NCBI GenBank assembly: GCA_963747695.1
Contig: CAVVFV010000003.1
Coordinates: 81,296 to 145,295 of the forward strand
Length of the DNA stretch: 64,000 bases
Source: Candidatus Falkowbacteria bacterium
Lineage (GTDB): Bacteria > Patescibacteriota > Patescibacteriia > Patescibacteriales > WJLG01
Reading direction: 5' to 3'
The translations under genes were made by a program, and so were the position numbers. Positions 26,071 to 34,823 of this stretch are shown piece by piece. The stretch's first letter is position 1; the number at the start of each line of letters is the position of its first letter. The notes beneath the pieces are model-generated. The model worked only from the letters and a program-made list of their open reading frames with translations. It was not told the origin of the DNA and ran no database searches.

Positions 26071-26194
26071 AGGAATGACATGATCAAAAACCCGGCTTTT
26101 CTAAAAGTCGGGTTTTAAAATTCATTCGTTAATGAGAAAAAAATCTGCAAAATGACCTGTATTTATGTGATATTGACAAAATTTTGATTAATCA

Positions 26195-26223
26195 TTGACA
26201 GCCTTAATTCTTTGTGCTATACT
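26195..26223 (+). promoter_or_regulatory. Promoter of the cold-shock gene (TTGACA-17 nt-TATACT), giving a 5' UTR of about 110 nt
   Basis: TTGACA at 26195-26200 and TATACT at 26218-26223, read directly. Confidence 0.6.
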
Positions 26224-26343
26224 TCTAGTGTTAGGTAAAAACTGACCGTTCTCCGCAAAAGGGAGAATGAAGATAGCGCGTAAGGAAAGCAAGTCGAATT
26301 TCCGGCGCTAAAACTAAATTAACAAACTTGATTTCTACATTAC

Positions 26344-26541
26344 ATGCAAGGAACCATCAAAAAGTTGACTGACAGAAACTTTGGCTTCATCACCCCTGCC
26401 GACGGCAGCAAAGATCTGTTTTTCCATGCTTCGAGCTTGGAAGGAGTCGATTTCAGCGAGTTGAGAGAAGGTGACGCCGTCACTTTCGAAATCGGCGAGA
26501 CCCCGAAAGGTCCGGCCGCGGCTCAAGTTAGAAAAGCTTAA
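26344..26541 (+). CDS. cspA: Cold-shock domain protein
   Basis: 65 aa. NFGFITP (RNP-1-like) and DLFFHAS (RNP-2-like). Confidence 0.92.
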   Translation: MQGTIKKLTDRNFGFITPADGSKDLFFHASSLEGVDFSELREGDAVTFEIGETPKGPAAAQVRKA

Positions 26542-26557
26542 TACCTTTTTTAAATAG

Positions 26558-26600
26558 AAAAAAACATCCAGCTTCTCATTAGGGGCTGGATGTTTTTTTA
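26558..26600 (+). terminator. Terminator after csp
   Basis: CATCCAGC (26565-26572) pairs with GCTGGATG (26585-26592), followed by T7. Confidence 0.75.
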
Positions 26601-26652
26601 ATGGCGTAGGCGGGCAATATTTTGCGCGCTGATAAATTACTCGGCCGTAATC

Positions 26653-26674
26653 GGAACGCAAAGTATTGCGTTCC
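26653..26674. repeat. Hairpin repeat GGAACGCAA-N4-TTGCGTTCC, copy 1 of 3
   Basis: GGAACGCAAAGTATTGCGTTCC. Near-identical copies sit at 29073-29093 and 29165-29186. Confidence 0.8.
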
Positions 26675-26684
26675 TACGTATTTT

Positions 26685-28994
26685 TTATCTGGTTGCTCCG
26701 GAGTAAGCGATCGCGGCGACCGTATTCCAATCATTCGCCGAGGTTGGCACTCTGGAGAAAATGCCTTTGAAAATATTGATACTTGCGGTCTCGCTTTTTA
26801 AATTACGGTTCGCCGCCTGTTGCATCAAGCCGTAAGCCATGATCGTAACCGCGGCATTATCATGAGCATTGCTCATATCCGGCGCGCGCAGATATACTTT
26901 CTGGAATTGCTGCTCGGCCCAGGCGATCGAGCTTGAACTGGTTTGTCCCGGCCAGCGGCCATTGGCGATCTTCACCACATCGGTGAAATCCGTTTGGGTG
27001 GTTGGCAAGCGAGCGAAGGCGGATTTGAAGGAATTCACCACTGCCGCTCTTTGTCCGGCCCCCAACTTTAGCGTATTGGAATCAACTCCGTAAGTGATAA
27101 AACTGTTGATATTACTAAGCGTAGATGAAGATACCGACGCAACATTCTGCGTCAAACTTTGCAGATATTTGATCTGGGCGGCTTGCTCGGCGATCGTATT
27201 CTTCATTTCGTTCAATTGCGCCAAAAGCGAATCGATTGAACCGCTGTATAATTGGCTGGCATTGTCATTGATGGATATTACTGTCGCTGCCGGAGTTACC
27301 GGCGCGGCTGTCGTGGCGGGGCTCGCCGTTACGGCACCGGTAGCGCAAAATTCATCATAATAAGAATCAAAAGTTCCATCGTTGATGCATTGTTCCTGGA
27401 AACGGGAATTGCAGGTGTAATTGTAATAATTAGCCGTATCCAGATTTACTTCCTGCAGATAGCCATTTACCAAACGACCCGGTCCGAAACTGGTCAATTG
27501 CGGATAATTCTGGCCGACCGGCTGACCGGTGGCGCAATCTCTGATCACGCGGAAAAGGATCAGCCCGCTTTTCACCGCAGACGGATCAGTCACCTGATGA
27601 TTCAGATAATCGGCGCCATAAGTGGAACTGATCAGGCTCTTGATGTCCTGCCCGGCGGATAAAACCGGTTCGCTTTCCGATTGCGGCTTGGATGAGTCGT
27701 TGATATAATTCACACTAAAATCTTGGGAATTATAAACGGTCTGACTATCCAAAGAAACCTCTTTTATAGTTAGCGAATTAAGGCCCGATGATAAGCTGGT
27801 CACATTAGAGTTATTCAATAAATAAACGTGAACGGTTTGACTAGGGGACAAATTATACTGCTCAGTTTGTCCGGCCGTGGATTGGAGAGGCTTGTTGGTC
27901 GTGTTATCCCAAACCGAAAGAAAAAAGGAAACTGAACCGACGCCTGAATTAACCAAATCAAACTGCGGTTGGTTATCAATCGATTTGAAATTATTCACCG
28001 ACAAGTGAACGCCTTGTGTTATTTGCTCGTATGACTGGGAAAGAAAGCTGGCGTTAACATGCGTCGGGCCGGTCAGCTGGATAGTGCAAACTTGATTAGT
28101 CATCTCCGCATTGGTGACGCCGCATCCCGTCCACGATCCGAATACCGAGTCGGCCGCCGGTGCAGCGGTCAGAATTACTGTCGTACCGATGTTATATTCT
28201 CCGCTACAAGTAGTGCCGCAATTGATCGTATTTCCGTTATCGGTCACTGTCCCTGAACCAGCCGGAGTCGATCCCATTCCCACTCCAGTTTTTGTAATAC
28301 TCAATGTCGCTAATATTTGGCTGCCCACGCCGGCAGTTTGCCCCCAGATATTCGCGCTCTTAACTACAATGCCATTAGCATCCTTCGCGTTGACATAAAT
28401 AAGATAGGAGGTGGAGGGATTTAAGCCCGTCAAAACAACGCTATGATTAGTCGTTAAGGCGTCAGTCCCCTGCCATGACCAAGAAGTATCACTGCTTGCC
28501 TTGTAATAAACAATACTGTCGGTATCAACATTAGTAACCCAGGCGACAGTCAAACTACTAGAACTTACGGTAGAATCTGGAACACCCAAATTGGAAATGA
28601 TAATGCTGGCCAACGGCTGATTATAGACGGAAAGGTTAGTCAGTTTGGTTTCGCTAGTGATATTCTGGCCATCGGCTGTGGTGCAGACGGCGCGATAATA
28701 GTAGTCGGAATTCGCGGCCAGATTCGTCAATTGTGCCGAAAAATAAAAGATTCCGTTGCTTCCTGTCGTCCCCGATGAAATCAATTGGCCGTTTACACTG
28801 GACGCGCTACTGAAATCCGAACCAACGCTGTATTGGAGGATGCAAGTGGAGGTTGCGTTGACGTTCCAAAAAATATTGCCGGCATTGTCGGCATTATTAT
28901 TAATGGAAATGCTTAATGTAGTCGCGTGAGTTTGGGGAACGCTTAAAATCAGAGCCAGGGCCAAAACAAACAAAAATAATAATGTTTTTTTCAT
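26685..28994 (-). CDS. Large secreted protein (769 aa) with Ig/FN3-like beta-rich repeats; hypothetical
   Basis: Signal peptide MKKTLLFLFVLALALILSVPQTHA, with Ser/Thr/Asn-rich beta-type sequence. The gene is bracketed by the hairpin repeat family. Confidence 0.6.
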   Translation of the reverse strand: MKKTLLFLFVLALALILSVPQTHATTLSISINNNADNAGNIFWNVNATSTCILQYSVGSDFSSASSVNGQLISSGTTGSNGIFYFSAQLTNLAANSDYYYRAVCTTADGQNITSETKLTNLSVYNQPLASIIISNLGVPDSTVSSSSLTVAWVTNVDTDSIVYYKASSDTSWSWQGTDALTTNHSVVLTGLNPSTSYLIYVNAKDANGIVVKSANIWGQTAGVGSQILATLSITKTGVGMGSTPAGSGTVTDNGNTINCGTTCSGEYNIGTTVILTAAPAADSVFGSWTGCGVTNAEMTNQVCTIQLTGPTHVNASFLSQSYEQITQGVHLSVNNFKSIDNQPQFDLVNSGVGSVSFFLSVWDNTTNKPLQSTAGQTEQYNLSPSQTVHVYLLNNSNVTSLSSGLNSLTIKEVSLDSQTVYNSQDFSVNYINDSSKPQSESEPVLSAGQDIKSLISSTYGADYLNHQVTDPSAVKSGLILFRVIRDCATGQPVGQNYPQLTSFGPGRLVNGYLQEVNLDTANYYNYTCNSRFQEQCINDGTFDSYYDEFCATGAVTASPATTAAPVTPAATVISINDNASQLYSGSIDSLLAQLNEMKNTIAEQAAQIKYLQSLTQNVASVSSSTLSNINSFITYGVDSNTLKLGAGQRAAVVNSFKSAFARLPTTQTDFTDVVKIANGRWPGQTSSSSIAWAEQQFQKVYLRAPDMSNAHDNAAVTIMAYGLMQQAANRNLKSETASINIFKGIFSRVPTSANDWNTVAAIAYSGATR

Positions 28995-29072
28995 TTTTTT
29001 GTTATTTAATTATTAATTATTAGCTATTTATATTTTACCACCTTCGCCCCTCAACTCCAACTTTCGTCCATT

Positions 29073-29093
29073 GAACGCAAGGTATTGCGTTCC
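29073..29093. repeat. Hairpin repeat, copy 2
   Basis: GAACGCAAGGTATTGCGTTCC. Confidence 0.8.
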
Positions 29094-29164
29094 TACCAAG
29101 CGGTAATTTTTTTACGCCATAGGCACGCAATATTTTGCGTGCTTTTAAATTTTAGTCCGCGATT

Positions 29165-29186
29165 GGAACGCAAGGTATTGCGTTCC
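29165..29186. repeat. Hairpin repeat, copy 3
   Basis: GGAACGCAAGGTATTGCGTTCC. Confidence 0.8.
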
Positions 29187-29198
29187 TACGGGGCTTTC

Positions 29199-31112
29199 TT
29201 ACTTTACTATATTATTCAACTGAATGACAGTCCCCTTTCCGGAAGCCGTCGGATCGTCTTTAAGATTGGCGTTGATGTCGGACAGGCCGCCGGAAATTTG
29301 CGCACCGGTGAAAGCGTCGGTCGCGCTATATTGAATATTGGAAATCAAGGTCGGAACCTTGCCAAGATCGGCGGCGGTCGGAATCAGCTCCACTTCAAAT
29401 CCGGCGCGATAATTTCCGCCGCTCGCGGCCACATCATCAACCGTCCAGATGACCTTGCGGCTGATCTGGCCGAATTGGACGTCGCCTGATAAAACCGTTT
29501 TCTGATTTGTCCAGCCGATCTCGGCCGGCAGATCCGCCGTGACCGTCAAATTCTTCAATTCATTGCCGGAGTTATCGATCTCCCAGAAAATCCAATAATT
29601 TGTAGGGACGTCCACCACCGGCGGCAGCGGCCCGACGCCCAACTGATCGCCCTGGGCGCTGTAATAAAGTCCTTTGGCAACGACTTGTAAATCGGACGAG
29701 AATTTAATTTTCGGACTGAACATTTGATATTCGGCTTGCCGGCCATTAACCTGATAATTAACATCGGCGATTATCCCGGTTTGCTGATTGACGCTAGTCG
29801 TCTGGCGCGACAGCACGGCGGAAAAATCGATTTCACCGGTTTGTCCCGGCGCCAGATCGCCCACTGCCACGGTATTACCGCTTATTTTATACTGACTCGA
29901 TGAGGCAAGCGTTAAATTCTTGAGGATGACGGAATTATCGGCCGGCACGATTGAAATACTGGTATTGTCGGCGGCGGTAGTTTCTTTATTGATAAAATTC
30001 AATTTATAATTGACTGTTTCTTCGGAGTTGATGACATTCTTATCAGCCGCAATGGCGACGCCGAAGGTCGGCACGGTCACGTTGAGATTGGAGTCGGCGG
30101 TCGTTTGCTTAAGCTGCTGCCCATCCAAATTCAAATCGACTGCCAACTCAGCCGGGAATGTTCCGGCGGCGGCGCTTACCGCGGCTTCATACTGGATCGG
30201 CAAACTTTGACCGGCCTTCAAACCGTTGACGATGATAACGCCATTGACCAGATCCGCTTGATCGGCGGAGATGCTTTTCAAGCTGATCGCGCTATTGGTA
30301 AACGCCAAATCGATCTCGCCGGGTACGTCGGAGAGGCCGTTATTTTTCAAATTAATATTTCCGGCAAAATCAAGATTTTGATAGACCTGTTTCGGGGCAT
30401 CGAAGCTGACGCTCAAAACAGAGGACCCCAGCGGATAGACATAAGACCCCAGCGTATTGGCGGACCGGCCGTTCTCCTGGTAATTCAAGGAGTAAGTGAG
30501 CGTCTGTTGCGAGCCGACCGCGCCAAAGGGAGCGCCGCTGACTTTAACTTTACCGTTGGCGCCGCGGGGCAGATCGCCGATCGCGAAAGTATTGGTTTGA
30601 TCGGACCAGATATTCTGCGGACTGACGGAATTGAGAGCGAAATTTTTCGGAAAAACCAGGGAGATCGTTGCCGCTTTGATATCGACCTTGCCATTGTTCT
30701 TATATTGGATGGTAAAAGATTCATTCTGGCCGCTCGTCACGGCGCCCGGATCAATTGTGGTGGAGAGATCGATCTGCGCTTTGGGCTGCAAGGTATAGAA
30801 ATACAAAAAAGTTCCGGCCAAACCGAGGATCAGCAGGACAAAAAAGATGTCAGCGACCAGATGGAATTTGCTGTCCCGATAGAATCTCTCGTGCCGTTTT
30901 TTCAGGTGATGCTTGATCGGCTGGGCCATCACATTGAGCGTGCCGATGATGATGTTGCCGCTTTTTTTGAGATCAAGTTTTCCTTTGGCCAGCTCAATCG
31001 CTTCGTCTTTTTCGCTTTCCAAAAGCTCCTCCACCGGCTCGAGCACTTCGGTCTCGATCATCGGCAGATTTTCGCCGTTCTTCGTCATATTTTGCTTATT
31101 TTCGTTCTCCAT
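29199..31112 (-). CDS. Membrane-anchored protein (637 aa) with a large beta-rich ectodomain; hypothetical
   Basis: Acidic N-terminus, TM segment LVADIFFVLLILGLAGTFLYFY, then repetitive beta-type sequence. Confidence 0.55.
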   Translation of the reverse strand: MENENKQNMTKNGENLPMIETEVLEPVEELLESEKDEAIELAKGKLDLKKSGNIIIGTLNVMAQPIKHHLKKRHERFYRDSKFHLVADIFFVLLILGLAGTFLYFYTLQPKAQIDLSTTIDPGAVTSGQNESFTIQYKNNGKVDIKAATISLVFPKNFALNSVSPQNIWSDQTNTFAIGDLPRGANGKVKVSGAPFGAVGSQQTLTYSLNYQENGRSANTLGSYVYPLGSSVLSVSFDAPKQVYQNLDFAGNINLKNNGLSDVPGEIDLAFTNSAISLKSISADQADLVNGVIIVNGLKAGQSLPIQYEAAVSAAAGTFPAELAVDLNLDGQQLKQTTADSNLNVTVPTFGVAIAADKNVINSEETVNYKLNFINKETTAADNTSISIVPADNSVILKNLTLASSSQYKISGNTVAVGDLAPGQTGEIDFSAVLSRQTTSVNQQTGIIADVNYQVNGRQAEYQMFSPKIKFSSDLQVVAKGLYYSAQGDQLGVGPLPPVVDVPTNYWIFWEIDNSGNELKNLTVTADLPAEIGWTNQKTVLSGDVQFGQISRKVIWTVDDVAASGGNYRAGFEVELIPTAADLGKVPTLISNIQYSATDAFTGAQISGGLSDINANLKDDPTASGKGTVIQLNNIVK

Positions 31113-31166
31113 ATGGTTAAGATTAATTATATATCTAATTAATGATTTAAGCTATTAAGGACAAAC

Positions 31167-31205
31167 ATTCTTAATTCTTAATTCTTAATTCTTAATTCTT
31201 AATTC
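31167..31205. repeat. Tandem heptamer repeat (ATTCTTA), about 5.5 copies
   Basis: Read directly. It runs into the stop codon of the 31204-33342 gene. A shorter copy lies at 22728-22744. Confidence 0.85.
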
Positions 31206-33342
31206 AATATGCCGTATTCCCCGCTAAAATTTCATCCTTGCCGTCATGATTGATATCGGCCGCGACGACGGTGATGCCGGCGGTGGCTGTCTTATCATAG
31301 GCTAAGAATTGTGAAATCAATTTGCCGTATTTGTCCCAAACCCGGACTTGCGGTTGAGCTCCCGGACCGGCGCCGGTGATAATTTGCCGATCACTCGTCC
31401 CGTTAACATTTCCCACGGTGACCGAAACACCCGAGCGGGAATTCTGATCATAAGCGAAAAATCCGCCCAGAACTTTGCCGTTGCCGTTGAAGATCCGCAC
31501 TTGCGGACCGCCGCCGACACCGGCTCCGGTGAATATTTCATCTTTGCCGTCATTGTTATAATCGATCGCCGCCACATTTACGCCGCCGCGAAAATTCCGG
31601 TCATAGGCGAAAAAACCGCCGGAGAGCAGTCGGCCGTCGGCGCTAAAGATCCGAACTTGCGGACCGCCGCCTTTCCCGGCGCCGATCACCAATTCTTTCT
31701 GGCCGTTGCCTTGCAAATCGGCGATCGCCAAAGAAATGTCGCCTTTAAAGACTCCATTAAACGGTTTAAAGCTGGTAAGCACTTTGGTGCCGCGATAAAT
31801 CGTGATCGTCCCGTTGCTGTTTACCAGAGTTTCATCGATCTTGTCGTTGTCAATGTCGGCCGAAATTATCTGCGCGCCGCCGGGGTAGCGGCTGTCATAA
31901 GCGAAAAATCCGTTGCGGAGCTGGTTGCCTGATTGATCAAAAACGCGGAAGAACTCGCCATTTTTGAAGACCGCGTCGGTGATGATATTTTCCGTCGTGT
32001 TCCCCGAAGCAACCGGCTGAGCCGCGGCCGGCGGACTGGCCGGTGCCGGAGCGGCCGAGGCGGAAGGAATTTTCCGGCTCGAGAGATCGCCCAGTAAAAT
32101 TACCGCGTCATCGGCGGCAATGCTTACCAAATTTACTCTAGAACCGTTATTGATATTCGGATCTTGCGTGCCGCTTAATTTATTGAAAACTTCATCGGTG
32201 AAAACATAATTTTGCGTCTGATCGGTCGAATTGACGACCACGATACCATTAGTAAAATCGCGCCGCCACAAGCCTTTTTTAAAAGTCACATTATTCTTAT
32301 CCAAAATATTGATCGGCGCCGACACGGCGGTTCCTAAATCAGTAGAATATTCGTCATACCACCATGTTTGTCCGTGATTATTGACGCCGTAATCGAAAGA
32401 AAAGCTGCCGTCTCCCAACAGCGCCGACCCCAGGGAAAAACGCATTTTATGATAATCATCGATCCCCCAAGTATTATTGGTATTGGAATTGATGATGCCG
32501 ACGTAAGGATTGAGAAAATTTTTGCTATCAGCGTAAGTTTTCATCGAACCGGCCCAGGTGCCGTCCGCCTCCCAAGGCGCGGGAAAACTTTCCAGCATAA
32601 TGCCGTTAAGATACGGTTGATAAGACGGGTCGTGCCGGCTGTTGGCCACAATCAGATATTTATTTCCCAAAAGCGCCTGCGTCTTGGCGAGCATTTTTAT
32701 ATTTCCGGCCGCCCAAGCTTGATCCAGAACCGCGGCGCTGTCGGCTTTGCCGTCATTATTGCTGTCTAAATTACCGCTATTGAACCAGGAAATATTCGGC
32801 CAAACGTTATCATAAAAAACTCCGTCCCAAAGTCCGGTGGACATTACTTGGTCGTTGATGAATTGCGGCAACAGATCATTCCAGCGTTGGCCGGCCGGAG
32901 ACAAACCCGCGCCGTCAGTGATATTGAGTACTCTGGTCTGCGGCCAAAAAGAAGTAAAGTTACCGCTCTTGTCTTTCAGCCACCAGGACGGATTGATTTC
33001 GCCTTGCAGCTGGTTGCGCAATTTCGCAAAACTGGGATCCTCGGGCTTAGTGAATATCTCTTCCGAGGTGATATAAGCCAAAATAATTATCTTCGGGTTC
33101 AACTGGCGGATTTTTTTCAAATTAGCCAGGCTGTTATGCTGCACCTCCATATCCAAAACCAGAACATCCCACTTCGCCAGATTATTCACTTCCGTATCCG
33201 GAATAGACCAGTTCAAATAATAATTAGCCAACCGCGGATAATCGGTCTTGACCGTACCGGTATAAGCCGAACCGCACCAAGGCCAAACCAGAAGGCCGGC
33301 TACCGCGAATAAAAAACAAATTTTAGTGATATTATTCTTCAT
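31204..33342 (-). CDS. Secreted protein with an N-terminal putative glycoside-hydrolase-like domain and C-terminal FG-GAP/VCBS-type repeats
   Basis: It has a signal peptide and at least five repeats of the form FFAYDxxxRGGVNVAAIDxNNDGKDEI...GAGxGGGPQVRIF. The N-terminal domain call is weak. Confidence 0.6.
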   Translation of the reverse strand: MKNNITKICFLFAVAGLLVWPWCGSAYTGTVKTDYPRLANYYLNWSIPDTEVNNLAKWDVLVLDMEVQHNSLANLKKIRQLNPKIIILAYITSEEIFTKPEDPSFAKLRNQLQGEINPSWWLKDKSGNFTSFWPQTRVLNITDGAGLSPAGQRWNDLLPQFINDQVMSTGLWDGVFYDNVWPNISWFNSGNLDSNNDGKADSAAVLDQAWAAGNIKMLAKTQALLGNKYLIVANSRHDPSYQPYLNGIMLESFPAPWEADGTWAGSMKTYADSKNFLNPYVGIINSNTNNTWGIDDYHKMRFSLGSALLGDGSFSFDYGVNNHGQTWWYDEYSTDLGTAVSAPINILDKNNVTFKKGLWRRDFTNGIVVVNSTDQTQNYVFTDEVFNKLSGTQDPNINNGSRVNLVSIAADDAVILLGDLSSRKIPSASAAPAPASPPAAAQPVASGNTTENIITDAVFKNGEFFRVFDQSGNQLRNGFFAYDSRYPGGAQIISADIDNDKIDETLVNSNGTITIYRGTKVLTSFKPFNGVFKGDISLAIADLQGNGQKELVIGAGKGGGPQVRIFSADGRLLSGGFFAYDRNFRGGVNVAAIDYNNDGKDEIFTGAGVGGGPQVRIFNGNGKVLGGFFAYDQNSRSGVSVTVGNVNGTSDRQIITGAGPGAQPQVRVWDKYGKLISQFLAYDKTATAGITVVAADINHDGKDEILAGNTAY

Positions 33343-33491
33343 TATTAGCCCAGTTCATCAATAATTAAATTCCTTAGATTATAGGATTTTTTATGATTAT
33401 TGTCAATGCCAAAACGCAATAACAAAGAGCATGGAACAGAGAATATTTGTTTTGTATTTTTTGCTCTATGTTCCATGATCCTAGTTCTTGG

Positions 33492-34811
33492 TTAGCGGCA
33501 AATATTGTCCGCTTGACAAACAGTCGGCAGATAACAAGAACGGTTAGGACAACAAGCCGCGCCTTGGTAGCCGCAGGAAATCCGCTGGATAAAATCCTGG
33601 GTCGCGATGATATAGCCGTTGACGTAAGCGACGCCGATCCCCGATTCAGTAAAAGAAGATTGTAAAATATTGGCGCGATGGCCCGGGCTATTCATCCAGC
33701 CCAAAACGATATCGGAAGCCATTTCATCATTGCTCGTATAGGAAATGCCCGTCACATTGACGGTCGCTTCAGCGGCCAGCTCGGCGGCTCTTTTAACCAG
33801 CTCAGAGCTGATCAGATTAAGTTTATCCTGGGTGCTGATATTTGATTCCAAGCTCGCCTTCAGCGCGTCATTGGCGCTTTGCACCGCGGCATCGCAGCTG
33901 TCGATCGAACTTTGATCGGCCGCGCTCGAGTTGGTCGTGAAAACGATTTCCTTGCCGCCTTGCATGGCGATATTCTCCCCGGAATCGGCAAAGTAATCGA
34001 TGCCACGGGCCTTTAACCGGTCATCTTCATAAAGGCCAAAGACTAATCCTTCGTGATGGATCATAAAATAATCGCAGACTTTGTTGAGCGAGGTCAGCGG
34101 CAGATTTTCCCGAGCCAGATCCTGGCTGTGTTCCCGGGCCACTGCCGAAATATCGGGATTCCAGACTAGGGCAGTCAAGCCATTTTTGGCGCGCTCGGCA
34201 TTGACCAGGTTGTTTATTTTTTGTTCAAGATAACTCAAGTCATAAGGCGAGGCAGCGGTAAGAGGATTTGAAGCCGGCGGCAATACCGTCTGGCTTCCGG
34301 CGGCAGGCGGCAGAAAAGAAGGTGCGATATTAATTTGCGCCAGATTGGCATTGGAAATCCCCAAACCTAATTTTCTGATTACCGCGTTTATTCCGTCGAC
34401 CGTCAATAAATAATATCTGGTGCCATCAACCGGATTCACATACCAAGCCTGACCGTGGTCTTGGACTTGTAAAAAAATCTTTCCTTTGGCGGCGGCGATA
34501 AAATTCAACTGGCTTTGATTGGTAATCTTGGCCGTCGAACCGGCCAGCGGAATCCTCGCCAGATTGGCATTAGTGATCCCGATGCCGACTTGCCTGATCA
34601 CGGCAAACGGATCATCCAGCGGATAACGCTGATGATTCGCCGGATTGACATACCAGGCTTCTCCCCTATCCTGCACGGCCAAAATAATCCGTCCGGACAG
34701 ATGATTCGCCAGCGCCGAGTTAGCCGCCGCTTGCACCGGAATGACCGAATAAAAACAAAAAACCACCAATATCGCTACGGCTATTCTTTTCCCGCGTAAA
34801 ATCTTATTCAT
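33492..34811 (-). CDS. Secreted CAP/SCP (PR-1-like) domain protein with N-terminal duplicated repeats and a Cys-rich tail
   Basis: NAERAKNGL...AREHSQDLA, GENIA, GWMNSPGHRANIL and GIGVAY. The tail reads CGYQGAACCPNRSCYLPTVCQADNICR. Confidence 0.75.
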   Translation of the reverse strand: MNKILRGKRIAVAILVVFCFYSVIPVQAAANSALANHLSGRIILAVQDRGEAWYVNPANHQRYPLDDPFAVIRQVGIGITNANLARIPLAGSTAKITNQSQLNFIAAAKGKIFLQVQDHGQAWYVNPVDGTRYYLLTVDGINAVIRKLGLGISNANLAQINIAPSFLPPAAGSQTVLPPASNPLTAASPYDLSYLEQKINNLVNAERAKNGLTALVWNPDISAVAREHSQDLARENLPLTSLNKVCDYFMIHHEGLVFGLYEDDRLKARGIDYFADSGENIAMQGGKEIVFTTNSSAADQSSIDSCDAAVQSANDALKASLESNISTQDKLNLISSELVKRAAELAAEATVNVTGISYTSNDEMASDIVLGWMNSPGHRANILQSSFTESGIGVAYVNGYIIATQDFIQRISCGYQGAACCPNRSCYLPTVCQADNICR

Positions 34812-34823
34812 TGTAATATTATA

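Noticed and set aside
26335-26661. A 108-aa minus-strand ORF.
   Set aside because: It is antisense to the well-supported cold-shock gene and its terminator.
31167-31205. The word repeats and recurring hairpins might form a CRISPR array.
   Set aside because: The repeats are 7-nt tandem units or isolated palindromes. There are no regularly spaced unique spacers, no repeat of 28-37 nt, and no cas genes.
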